From assembly GCF_024521635.1 (NCBI RefSeq), contig NW_026250406.1, positions 248,001 through 312,000 of the forward strand: a stretch of 64,000 nt of DNA. The letters run 5' to 3'. The translations under genes were made by a program, and so were the position numbers. Below are positions 35,274 through 47,068 of the stretch, piece by piece; position 1 is the stretch's first letter, and each line of letters starts with the position of its first letter. The notes beneath the pieces were generated by a model, which saw only the letters and a program-made list of their open reading frames with translations, made no database searches and was not told the DNA's origin. The DNA comes from Tricharina praecox (taxonomy: Eukaryota).

Positions 35274-38200
35274 CTGCATCAGCATACGCATACACATTAC
35301 ACATACGCATACATATACCCATTACTAGGCTTTTCGGTCATCTGGGCGGGGTTGAGGGAGGGGTGCGGGATAGGGGGATGGGAAATCCGGGGATGGGATG
35401 GCGGGGATGGGTTCGGTTTTTTTTTTGGGGGGGGGGGGGGGGGGAGGGGGGGGGGCGGTGTCTATTTTCTGTTGTTTCCTTTTTCTTTTTCCTTTTCTTT
35501 TTCTTTTTCTTTGTCTTTTTCTTTTTCTTTTTCTTTTTCTTTCTGTTTCTTCCTTCTTCTTTTCTTTCTTCTTTTCTTTCTTCTTTTTTGTTCTGGTTTG
35601 TTTGCGGGTTTACATCTAGACAGATATGGTTTCGGGTCAGTGTGAGAGATTGGCGGGAGGGAGTGGTTGGTGAGAAGGCGTGAGAGGGAGTGGTCAGAGG
35701 GAGTGGTGAGAATGAAACGGGCGCATTCATTCATTCATTCAATTCGGTCCAGTTCAGTTCAGTTCAGTTCGAGTGCATGGCCGGCGGGCAAGGTTCTTCT
35801 TCTTGGGTGGTGGGCAGTGAGGTGCCAAGGGTGGGGATTGGGATTGCGATATTACGGACAGACGGGGGGCCGGCGGGTCGGTGACTGGGGGTGGTGGAGG
35901 GAGGGATAGCGGAATACTGAGCGGTCCACGAACACGCCAGCCACGAACTCGGGCGACCCTGCAACTGTGGGCACCCCGTTCCCGCCCGTCTCGGGAACAA
36001 ATTCGCAGTCCGTCCGTCACTCCGTCCGTCCGGCGGCTTTTGCGACCGTCGGCTTTTTCGACCGAGGCCGAGGCGGGAGGGAAGCGTGAAACGTTGGCGC
36101 GGTCGGGTCAACGGGTGCGGTGGAGGTGAGGCGGGGGCAGGGCGGGCGCAGAAGGAGTGGGGCGGGCTGATGGAGGAACCTACGGCAACCCAGGGCGGCG
36201 ACAAGTAGCGGGGTGGGGTGGGGTGGAGTTGAGTGGAGTGAAGTGGACGATGAGGTTGTTTCACCTTACAACTATCGGCTTTCGGCTTTTAAGCACTCTA
36301 CGATAGAGAGCTGGGGCGGGGATGAAACTCGCGCACTTCGGGTTTGGGCTCGGGTCTAAGTCCGAGTCCGGGTTCGGGCTCGGTCCTGACGACCGACGGC
36401 CGAGGAGTGTTAGTGGCGGAGGCATGGGGCAGCGATAGTGGTGGGGACAATAGGCGGACCAGGGCGGGGATAGTGAGCGGACAGTCGGAGGAGGCATGGG
36501 GCGGACAGTGGGCGGGGATCCGTGGGCGGGCATAGGGCGGTCCGGTTCATTAGGGGCCGAAGGATGTCATTAAAGAGCTCGCTTTCTCGGGGGACAGCAC
36601 CGGACAGCCCCGGACAGGAACGGAGAGGGTGAGTGCGATGCCATGCTGCGGCTTAGCTGGCCTTCTATTTTCTTTCATTTCATAATACTATTTCGCCTCC
36701 ACCTCCAATAATTTTGAAAATTCAGATATGGGGTTTGAATGTTTACATTGTCTCACAATTGGCGAATGCATTTCTTTGAGATCGGCCGTGAGATTCCGAA
36801 GTGATGGAATCCCGTGGGTGGAATCCCGAGTCCCGTCCGCGCCGTACTCTACAGACCCAGCCCAGCACAGCCTGCATTTCCGATGTCAACTGCATCGTGG
36901 GAAGCTAGAGTATAGTATGTAGAGTAGAGTAGAAGTCATCACTCGGCTCGGCTCGGCCATATACCATATGCACCAGCACCGTACCAGTACCGTACCAGTA
37001 CCGTACCAGTAACATACGGGCAGTGGACTTGGTTACGGACTGCGGGAGATGATTGAAGGGGAGGAGCGCGGGAAGTTATTTAGATATATACGCACTCTAT
37101 CTGCGGAAATTTGGCGAAATTTAGCATCCAGGATCTGCCCTACGGCATATGGGATCGGCCCGCGACCGTGGATCTCCCGGGCCGCCGGCGGCGGTATACT
37201 GTAGCTACCATACTCTACTACGGTATATACCGGCGAGTTGACGTTTTGGCAGCGGGCGGGCAGGCGGATGGGCGGGTGGACGAAGGGCGGGCGAAGGGCA
37301 GGCGATAGGGGTGTGCGTGTGTGAAGGGCCCAAGGGGGGGAGCGGCCGATCCTTACATCTAGATTTTACACTGTACAGTACATACAATAGCTACAGTAGT
37401 TACACAGTAGTTATACCGGAGTAGTTATACTACTGAGTAGGGCAGTAGTTCCCGCAGTGATCGATATTTCGATATTTCGAGCTGCAGATCTGCGGTGATC
37501 GCTATGTTTATACCATATCGCGCGGATCGCGTGGAGAGGCAGTCGGTACCTAAGTAAATACCGTATGTACATACATACAGACAGACGGGAAGGTGCGTAT
37601 GCTTACCTTCGCACCGGTACCTGCGATACTTACCTGCGATACTTACCTGCGATACATCCGAGGAGGCCGGTGTACTACTACTACTACCACTGCCTTTCCG
37701 TCGGACCGGGGGCATGAACCGGTGGTCGGACGGTGTACTATAGTCGGACGGTATACTCGGCAGAGCATCTGCCGGGTTGTGTACCGTGCACACCTATCGT
37801 ACTATAGGGAACTACCAGGAGCACGGTAGGAGCACGGTAGGGGTAGGAGTGGGCAGGTCCCGTACCGTACCGAGATCTCGGAGATGGCGGTTTCTATTCG
37901 CGGCCGCGACTCACCGGGGTCCGGGGTCGGGAAAGCGGGAAGATGGTCGTACGGTTGTACGGTCGGTACATATTTACAGTCGGTACATACAAACTTACCT
38001 ACATATAAAAACATACGAGGGGTATAAAGTCGAGGCACGCGCCCCTATACCGTCCCCTCCGCACGCGGGCCAGAACACGGTCATGTAGCGGCACTCGACC
38101 GCCGAAAACCCTCTTTGAAGTTGCGGGATTTGGCGGTAGTCCGATTCGCTGGGTGTTCTATGTAGAGCGGGGAGGATCCCACCTATTCACCCGCCTGTGG

Positions 38201-38373
38201 CAGTGGTGGCGGCGGTGGCTCACCGATCGCGCTCATCCATCCGTCCAGCTTACCAACAGACTACGTAGAGTACGTACCCCGGCGCGCCGGCACCGGCACC
38301 GGGAGCGGGAGCAGGGAGTCTCCGTCCGCGATGTGGGTATATACTTGGCATTGGGCACTGGGCAGCGATATTA

Positions 38374-38409
<36 letters not shown>

Positions 38410-39054
38410 GCGCAGCGTGGTCTGAGCTGAGCTGAGCTCACCTCACCTCACGGACACGTATTCCCCCCCCCCCCCCCCCCCCGACCGCTTAGACAGCACG
38501 GACTAGGTACTCAGTACTCTAGTCAAGGCTGGATGGAAATCGGAGTAACGGCCGGATGGAGAGCGCGTTGCTCTAGTGGATGGGATAGGATAAGAGAGAG
38601 ACAGTAGATAGAGTATATCCGGCTCCGGCTCCGGCTCCGGCTCCGGGCGCGGTGATTGCCGGTCGGGCCCCGGCCGGGCCGCGTATGGTGGGCACGTAAG
38701 CATTCGTTGTTCGATGGAGAGCGTATGTATGTACAAACGTGCAGTGCAATGGGTGTGTTGGTTCCGAAGCTGATATAGGGGTTGCTACGGGGTGTGGTCA
38801 AGGCACACTGTCAGGCTCTCCAGCCGGTGGCTGCGTGGGAGGACGGCCCTTTTCGTTTCGTTTCGTTTCGTCGCCATGTGTTTTCACACGGGGTCACTCG
38901 ACGATCCACACCTAGACCGCGAGCGATCTCGCTCTGCTGGCACTCTTTACACCCCGAACATCCCGCACTGGGCTCGGAAGTCTTTTGTGTGAGCATAATA
39001 AAGGTCGGTCGGCCGTCAATGCCATACAAGCTCATCGCTTCCCCTGCCGCCAGC

Positions 39055-39525
39055 TCCGGACGAACCTTCCTGTTGAGAACTCCGGCTGGCAACCCACGGG
39101 ACTGCTGGGCTTGCTCTTGGCTGCTTGCCACCAATGCTCCGCAGCCCATACAATCCCGAGAAGGGGAAGAGCACTGCCGTTCGACAGGACATTGTGGAAG
39201 AATGCCAATACTTCGGAACCCATAGCATCCCATGGACCGAGGAGGTGAACGGAACGTGGGTGATCGTAGTTTCGTGGTTGCTGGGGAATATCTTCCAGCT
39301 ACCTACCTGGTTATTGCCAGCTACGTGCGATCAGTTGTCTCTTCATTCCCACCGTCGATTGAGTGTTGGTCCTTCCACTAGCGGCAATTGGTTGCACGAT
39401 ACAGCAGAGTGTAGTTAACATCATTCTAGCACGATCAACATGCAAAACAAAAGAACGAGATTGGTTGACGATGCAGCTGAGTGTAACGTCTATTCAGCAT
39501 GATCGGCATACAAGCAAAAGAAGCA
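39055..39525 (-). repeat. Second copy of the tRNA-Glu-associated body
   Basis: The reverse complement aligns by eye with 26494-26988. Confidence 0.9.
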
Positions 39526-39611
39526 TTCCGTTACGGGGAATTGAACCCCGGTCTGGCCGGGTTGATACTCTGCTTGAGAGCGGCCGATGCTAGCCACTAC
39601 ACCATAACGGA
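39526..39611 (-). tRNA. tRNA-Glu(CTC) with 14-nt intron
   Basis: Exons identical to the 26408 copy; intron AGCAGAGTATCAAC. Confidence 0.95.
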
Positions 39612-40273
39612 TGACTCGATGTCGAACTAGAGGTTTACAGGTTATAATCATGTGTGTCTTTGACGATCACTCGATTGCGACTGCGAGAATTGCTATCTGG
39701 TTCGATATGCTTGTACGGGTCTAATTACGATGCCCCCATCGTACAATACACAAAGTTAAATGCACTTTTTAGGATGAAGAATTCGGGAAGAAAGCAGTGC
39801 TACTCGATTCGGCTCAACTTAGTGTGACCGAGAGGTGGGGGAAAGGAATAAATGACGGTATGTACGATTCGATGACGATGGCAACCAAGAGCACTAAGTA
39901 GGAACATCAAGTCTATGTACCTACAAACAAGCTTCAGCGTGTACGAGGAGTACATAGGACATACCCCATCGATCCTTCGAGAAGGAAGTTGGGAAACTTG
40001 ATATCTGCAACCGCTGCTCCCGTGCTCTTCACAGCATGTACGAATCGATCTAGACGACAAGGCAAATTTATACCGAACACCACAGGCGTCAAAAGAAGCT
40101 TACGGTATGATGTACCAGAGTTCTCAACTCACTAGTATGTAATCTCTACCCTACATATGTAGCGGACGATACATACCCTTGGGATCACCTCGGCGAAAAT
40201 CTTTTGTCAGGTGGTATATACAAAGAAAAAACGGTCCCGCCATGTAAAGGCGGCGCTACTGCAGTAGACCCAA

Positions 40274-40373
40274 GGCAACGTGTCCGAGTGGTTAAGGAGT
40301 ATGACTCGAATACCTTCACAGTTGATGATATCATATGGGTTCGCCCGCGCAAGTTCGAATCTTGTCGTTGTCG
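40274..40373 (+). tRNA. tRNA-Ser(CGA) with ~19-nt intron and long variable arm
   Basis: GGCAACG/CGTTGTC acceptor stem, D-arm CCGAGTGGTTAAGG, TATGA-CTCGAA..A-TCATA, variable arm GGGTTCGCCC, T-loop GTTCGAATC. Confidence 0.93.
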
Positions 40374-41020
40374 ATATGACTTTTTTAGACGTCGTGATTT
40401 ACTTAGGTCCATAGATACGTCAGAAAAATGATCATCCTATCCTGTTTCTCGACCACGAACACTTGTGGACAGTGGAATTACGACAGCACATAGAGCTGAC
40501 TGATGCACTGTATGTAGTGAATATTGGTTTGCCCTCTCGGGGCGTATGTAACTTGGAATGTACCTACTTCGCATCCGGTCGGGTAGAGGGGGAGGCTGGA
40601 TATTTTCTCTTCTCGCGGGAGCGGCCCGGGGCCGAAGTGGATGAGGCCGGCTTGACCGCTGCCGAGAGGGATCTGACTGTCGAAGAGTAGAGGAGTTTCG
40701 CAGGTCGTGAGGGATGGTTTGCGGGATCGTTTCAGGCTTAGTGAGGTGACAAAAAAGCGCTACCGGTTAAATTCGAGATCCCTCACGCTAGAGATACCGC
40801 GCGATTTGTCTCTTCAACCCGCACACGCTTGGGCCAACTAGTCAAGTGGGATGATCCAATTAGGCATAGTAAGTGTCTTCTCTAAGGTGAATGGGGAGTA
40901 GCGCTAACTGCTCTAACATAGATGGGGAGTAGCGTTGAGAAGGAGAGTTGTTGTATCGATCTTTGTTACATACAAGTGTCATCCAGAAAGCATTGGAAGA
41001 GTCAATCAACCCACACAGTC

Positions 41021-41198
41021 AGAGTCATTGAAGGAATGACTCTGGTCCATTAGTAAAAATGACTTTAATCAATGAGTAGGAATGACTCTGGTCATCGAGG
41101 GAATGACTCTAGTCATCGAGGGAATGACTCTAGTCATCGAGGGAATGACTCTAGTCATTGAGCAGGAATGACTCTAGTCACCGAGCAGGAATGACTGA
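41021..41198. repeat. Palindromic 21-bp minisatellite GGAATGACTCTAGTCATCGAG (about 5 full and several degenerate units)
   Basis: Units begin at about 41079, 41100, 41121, 41142 and 41166, each containing ATGACT-CT-(A/G)GTCA. Confidence 0.9.
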
Positions 41199-41726
41199 GT
41201 AAACCTGCGAGACTCGAACAAAATACCGACCTACACAGTCTATTGAGGTTCATGTCGACAGTGCGGTGATTCTGACCTTCGCGATGCGCATCATGATGAT
41301 GTTGGAGTACTCCTGTCTATACTGCGGTGCTCGGCTCTCCTCTCGGCGCCGCTGTACTCTGCTCTCCTCTGTCGCGGAGAATTTTTACTGAGTCTACACT
41401 AGTTAAACCGCTAATTTCGAGAGTAGTCCACTTTTTCTCAGCCTGCACCTCGAATTTGCGATACGCCTTTTTTTTCACCAGAGGGCTCGGCGCGCTAACA
41501 ACCCGCCTCGCAGAGATCCCTCAGAACTGCGAAACTCCTCTAGTGGGTCAAGTGGAACGTAGCAAACGCTGGTCACCACCACACCCCACAGTGGTACTCG
41601 GTTTCCTCCATGCGTTTTAGGCACGGCATTATTCAGTACTCGGGGCTGTGGTTGATCCAAAAAGACAGTCCCGAACGTTGCGCATAATTATAGAGAGCCA
41701 TTACGCTGGCATTGTCATAACAAGAC

Positions 41727-41797
41727 GCTTCCATGGTCCAACGGTAGGATAATTGCCTTCCAAGCAATTGGCTCGGGTTCGACTCCCGATGGATGCA
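41727..41797 (+). tRNA. tRNA-Gly(TCC), intronless, with a U3:U70 acceptor-stem mismatch
   Basis: GCTTCCA...ATTGC-CTTCCAA-GCAAT...GGTTCGACTCC...TGGATGC-A. Confidence 0.88.
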
Positions 41798-42216
41798 CTG
41801 TTCCTTTTCTGTTCTTTATTTTGTCAGCAAACGCTATTCCTTTGTTTTGCTTGTGCGCTAGGTAGTTGTATTACTGCAAGAAGGCAGCCTTGTTCTCTCA
41901 GCTCGCTTTTTAATCGCCCGGTTGCTCTGCTTAGCGACGTCTGTTTTTTCGGACGTCAGTCTTCGGGCCACCCGCTGGCCGTCTAGTCGGTCTTGGGACA
42001 TAGTTATTATCAGTGGACCACTGAAGTCCACAGTCAACGATGTACCTACCTGACGTTGAGTCCCTTTGACGGCGCGCCAAAAATTGTGGGGACCAACTAG
42101 CCTAGTAAACTGGTAAGGAGGATAGACGACGATTGGAACGCTCTTTATTCTCACCATCAACCACAAGGAGCAGTTATCCACCCAGAAAAAGGACTCTTCG
42201 AGGGGGAAAACAATGA

Positions 42217-42302
42217 TTCCGTTACGGGGAATTGAACCCCGGTCTGGCCGGTTTAATGCTCTGCTTGAGAGCGGCCGATGCTAGCCACTACACCATAACG
42301 GA
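42217..42302 (-). tRNA. tRNA-Glu(CTC) with 14-nt intron (third copy, no shared 3' body)
   Basis: Exons identical to the other two copies; intron AGCAGAGCATTAAA. Confidence 0.95.
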
Positions 42303-42476
42303 TGGTTTGATGCAAGAGACAAGTAAATAGATTATATGATCTCCCATCGACAGCACGTCACGGCTAGTTTACAGCTTGGTATCTACAGGAATTGACAATC
42401 CTCGGTATGCCCGAAACCATGAAAACTAACGTCTATGTGCTATATATCATGTTTCTTCCTCCTCCCTAGACCTCCT

Positions 42477-44336
42477 TCAACCCCGCACAATCGCACCCAA
42501 CGCCCAAGTCGCATCCCCATTAATGCCTACTGCCCTCGTCATCTCACCTTCGCCATCCATCAGCTCCCAGGGCACTTCCTCGTCACCTTTAATACCAATC
42601 CTGACTAGCGCTTGCGCGTCCCCATTCTCAACCAGCGACTGATCCGGCCACCTCAACACAGCGGGCGTATTCCACCCCGCGCCGATCTCGAGTACGACCA
42701 ACTTCTTCCCCTGCTTCTTCACGCGTGCGAGAAACTCGCGGTACCGCTGGTTTCCCGCACGGAAAGGCTTGTCGTTGAAGTATTCGTCTGCACGGACACA
42801 GAGGAACATGTTCCCGCCACAGTAGGAGCACTTGGGGATTGCTGCCGGGTCGCGGAGTATCTGCTGACGAGCGTCGAGGTGGGGACGAGCCCGTTCCTGG
42901 AATTGTGCAGAGGCGAAGACGGCGTCGGGGCTGCACCTGCGTGCGCACTGCAGGTAGCGGTAGTCACCCTGCGGCGTCGAGATGTGGTCCGGGTCGATCC
43001 CGTGGCGCGAGAATAGTCCGTCGGCGTTGGACGTGCGTACAAACCAGGAGTCCGTGGTGAAGCGGGAGATTAGCGTTTTGACGTGGCAATATGCGTCCGC
43101 TGTGCCCAGGGGCCAGTTCATGACTGTGGACATGTGCGCGAAGTAGTAGCCCCACTTTTCGAGTTCGTTGGGGAAATTGTAGCCAAATACGTCGTAGAAA
43201 CAGGTCAGACCCCGAGGTGTCATCCCAGGGAAGTGCTCGGAGAAGAGTGAGCGGGAGGTGTAGTCTAGCCCGCAGCTGGCGGATAATCCCGCACCGGCGG
43301 TGATCAGGAGTGCGTCGGCGGATGATAGCATACCTATCGCGGCTGCAACTGTCGGTGGGAGTGGCTGAGCCGGCTGGACAAGTGGTGCTGATGGTGAAAG
43401 ACGCGAGGTGTACAGCGCCAGGTCGTCTTCGGTGAAGACGTTGAATATGACCCTCTGCACTTTTGATGCGGGATTCTTCCGAAGATAGTCCGTTACCGTC
43501 GAGATTGCGATATCGGCGGCCTGGTCTGCTGGGTACCCAAACATTCCGGTCGAGATGCAACAGAAAGCTATTGACATTTCATTCCCCGCTGGGAGTGTCT
43601 CGACCGCCTCGAGGCACCTACTGTAACATCTTGCCAACTCTGCCGCCTGGTTCTCCGACGGCCGCTTGCGAGCAACAATGGGGCCAACGGTGTGGAGAAC
43701 AAACCTCGCAGGCAGGAAATACCCGCGCGTAACCTTGACCTCGCCAGTAGGCTCCTCGCCTCCTTGCAGTTTGATGATTGTCTCGCAGTCCTTCCTCAGC
43801 CTTGGGCTTGCAGCGGCATGAATGGCGTTATCGATGCACGGGTGATCGGGACGAAAGCATCCCAACAGCCGCGAGTTAGCCGCATTGACAATCGCAGTGA
43901 CTCCGGCCAGCTTTGTGATGTCGCCCTTCCAGACTGAGATTTTTTCGTTGCCGGGAACGGTCGGTATGTCATCCAGCTGGGTGAGCGCGTGCCGGCGGGG
44001 CAGAAATGCAAAAACAGTGTTGATGTCTCCCAGCACATCGTGGGGAAGTGGCGGTGAGGGCGGACGGACCGTCAATAGTTGGTTGAACAGTGACAGTTTC
44101 TCGGAAATCTCGATGGTATGTAATTCCTCTACTTGCAGATGAGCGTGGTGGTGTCGTTGAGCAGGGATTCCGGATTCCGCGTACAAATATCGTAAGGCCG
44201 CATCCAGGGATTCCTCGGCCGCTGTACTGGAGCACGAAACGGAGGAGCTGTTGCAGTCAGAGAAAAGTGAGATCTGATCGGCGTACGATGACAGGTCCAG
44301 CGGAAGGGCTGGAGGCGGGACGGGTGCAAGCGACAT
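42477..44336 (-). CDS. Zn-macrodomain fused to a class M sirtuin (SirTM), Mfs1-like ADP-ribosyl writer/eraser fusion; intronless
   Basis: Macro part: WKGDIT, AIVNAANSRLLGCFRPDHPCIDNAIH (C-x4-H-x-C Zn loop), VLHTVGP, FCCISTGMFGYP. Sirtuin part: AGAGLSAS, TSNADGLF, TPQGDYRYLQC (Gln in place of the deacylase His), PKCSYCG, LEIGAGWNTP. Confidence 0.92.
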   Translation of the reverse strand: MSLAPVPPPALPLDLSSYADQISLFSDCNSSSVSCSSTAAEESLDAALRYLYAESGIPAQRHHHAHLQVEELHTIEISEKLSLFNQLLTVRPPSPPLPHDVLGDINTVFAFLPRRHALTQLDDIPTVPGNEKISVWKGDITKLAGVTAIVNAANSRLLGCFRPDHPCIDNAIHAAASPRLRKDCETIIKLQGGEEPTGEVKVTRGYFLPARFVLHTVGPIVARKRPSENQAAELARCYSRCLEAVETLPAGNEMSIAFCCISTGMFGYPADQAADIAISTVTDYLRKNPASKVQRVIFNVFTEDDLALYTSRLSPSAPLVQPAQPLPPTVAAAIGMLSSADALLITAGAGLSASCGLDYTSRSLFSEHFPGMTPRGLTCFYDVFGYNFPNELEKWGYYFAHMSTVMNWPLGTADAYCHVKTLISRFTTDSWFVRTSNADGLFSRHGIDPDHISTPQGDYRYLQCARRCSPDAVFASAQFQERARPHLDARQQILRDPAAIPKCSYCGGNMFLCVRADEYFNDKPFRAGNQRYREFLARVKKQGKKLVVLEIGAGWNTPAVLRWPDQSLVENGDAQALVRIGIKGDEEVPWELMDGEGEMTRAVGINGDATWALGAIVRG

Positions 44337-45447
44337 TCCGTGAGTCTAGCGCTGGCGATCCACGATGGGCGGTCAAGTTAAGCTTATCGAATCGGCGGCC
44401 AATGGGACGATAGGGGGCTTGGTACTTACGTCGGTACTGGCTCGATTCTCTACGTTATATACTGATGTAAGATGCACGCCCGTGGGCAACGCGGGGTATC
44501 TAGCATTTCTCATGATTACGCGGTAAACCTAGCGCAGTTTGTCATCAAGTCCGTGAGGCTTAAACTCCGACTCGCGGCAGCCAAATCCCATTTGTCAACA
44601 GTGCCTTCTCGTCGCCGTGGTATGGCGGCAATATAATTCCGGTCTTCTCGGCACGCTCGTTCGCTGCAATGGTATGTAGGCTAGCTGTACGGGTGGAGCG
44701 CGGCAAGCTATCTCCGCACAGGTGACGATACCTATGATATAACTGTTGCTAGAGTGGTCGGGCTATATATGATGGATGCAGACATTTCTGTCATGACAGA
44801 TGAGCCGTATTCTAGGTTTGTTGAGAACGGTATGATGGACATTGAAGCACTGGGGACGAGATGACCCTCGGACAACCTTGTTTAAAATATAGAAGACCGG
44901 TTTTATTTTGACTAGAGAGAGAAACGACGATGAAAGAAAAGAGCCACCTGTGTGCTTCAGGTGATGAACCTCAAGTACCCCGCGAGTTGAATAGCGAGAT
45001 GGTCAACAAAATAAACAAGAGCACCTCGAACGTTTGGCCCGCCGTATCTGGTCCAGTCAGGTCGGCGAAATTTCCCCGCTCGTGCATCTTCCATGCCCGC
45101 TCACAGCTCAGACAGAACCCGCTCTCAACACACACCCTCAATTCGAATGACAACAACTCTCTCCACCCTCGGTCATACCCCCAGCCGAGCTGGTTTCAAC
45201 GAGTCCCAGTCTAATCAGAACTTCTTGGCCATCGGTCTCTTCCAGGTCCGCAGCTCCGGGTTGAAACGGACGCGCCAAGGCGTCGTTTCCGCTGAGTCCC
45301 ACAAAATCAAATGCAATTTTGCAGCAGTAAGGTACAATATCCAGCCCTTTAACAATATCCAAACTAGATTCAGGAAACAAAACACCCAGGACGGACGCTG
45401 CCTCAAGACACTCGCATTCCCAGCACCCGAAACTCCTTGAGCCTAAC

Positions 45448-47068
45448 CTAATTAGATAACAGGCTAACTGACTGTCTCGCACCCATCTTTGCAAAGAGAT
45501 CCTCCACGTAAGCGATTGCCTTATCCAACGCCTCCTGGCCACCGTTACAATTCCCTCCCCCCAGATGACCGACCAACCCCGATAGCGACTTGAATTTTCT
45601 GTGTGCAACTGTCCCCCGCAGACCCGCATCGAACAGGACGGATGGACAGTGGTATATCGGAGGCGCATGGGCTGTCGAGTTAAGGTGATTCCGGAGCCCC
45701 TCTGCGAGCGCAAATTGTCTGGAACAGATTGGGCAGATGCGGTCGGAGACCAGCATCACCTCGACCTCACTGTAGCCAGTGTCGGAAGTCGGTGTCAGGA
45801 TGCCGGATCCAGAGCTATCCGAGAACACCAGGCTGTCGGGGCGGCGCGAAAGAGTAGCCGGATCGGCTGGTGCCAGGATAATCGTGCCTTCGTCGTCGTC
45901 GTCGAAATGCGGTGTCACGAAGCCGGACCCGGTGGTTGTCGAGGATGTCATGCTATCCCGGCGCGAAAGGGTAGCCGAGTCGGTTGGTGTCAGAATAGCC
46001 GCGTTATCGCCGTCTCCGGAACACGGTGTTTGGATGCCAGACCCGACGGCGATCGAGGACGCCACGCTATCCCGGCGCGAAATGTCAGCCGAGATGACGG
46101 GCGACAGGACCACCGTGCCTTCGTCATCGTCGGAGTCATCTGCGACCACCACTGGACCGGAGATGGCAGCGAGCCGGGCCTCTGTGAGCTCCATCGCCGG
46201 CCGCACCTCCAGCACTGCTGCTTTGGCCGACATCCGCGCGTCATATCTCTCCAGGAGATCGGGCCCCACTGTCGTCCCCACGACACCCGGCATCACGATG
46301 AGATTTTCCGTGTCGTGCTGCTGCAGCTTGTTCGCGATGGACTGCCGATTCAACCCGGACACGCAAGCGCCGCTCTCCAGATGCGAAATCATACCGGCTG
46401 GAAATGCGAACCGGCGCGGGCAATGCGTGCTGCCCATGCACCGGACGGGCTTGTGTTTCTGGGTATCCAGGTGGGTCCGCAAGAGCTGCGGGCTCGGAAA
46501 CGCCCAATCGCAATCCTCGCAGACGAATTCTGCGAACCTGTCCCTGTGTATTTTCCCATTCTTGATGTGTGAATTCAAGGCACATTCACTGAGGAAATCT
46601 TGCTCGCATTCGAGGCACTGGTACTGGGTCTCGGGTGCGTGAAGCACGGCAGCGTGTTCCTCAAGCTCCCGGCTGGTGAGAAACGTCTGCACGCTGTCTT
46701 CGCAGGAGAATCCGCTGCGCACCGAGCAGCGGATGTGCTGCTTTCCGTTCTTGTGGGCCACCATGCCAACGTGGCAGAGAGTCACGGCGGTCGAGCATGG
46801 CTCGCAATGCGTCCGGACCGGAGGAGGTCTGTCGTATCGGAATTTGCGCAGCTCTTCCTATCAAAACCGTTAGAGCCCATTCGCCATATCGGCAGATCAA
46901 AGACCTGGGAGAATATACATTACTGCCCTTATATCCGGAACACCCATCACATTCGCACTTGGTACTGCTATGCCCCACCGTGCATCTGATGTGTTCCTGG
47001 AGTTGCGCCTTCGAGTTGAAGGTTAAGTCGCACAGCAAGCACGTTCGCTGCCGTATCCCATTCTTCAT
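45448..47068 (-). CDS. Multi-C2H2 zinc-finger protein; one probable intron at about 46858-46918; start may lie further upstream
   Basis: CLLCDLTFNSKAQLQEH, CLECEQDFLSECALNSH, CEDCDWAFPSPQLLRTHLDTQKH, CPICSRQFALAEGLRNHLNSTAH, SGLVGHLGGGNC. Confidence 0.8.

Noticed and set aside
41021..41198. CRISPR-like array
   Set aside because: Eukaryotic context, adjacent repeats without unique spacers and no cas genes.
45601..46642. Long plus-strand ORFs of 287-323 aa (similarly 49818-50420, 51132-51563 and 7617-8360)
   Set aside because: Antisense shadows of real GC-rich genes on the opposite strand.
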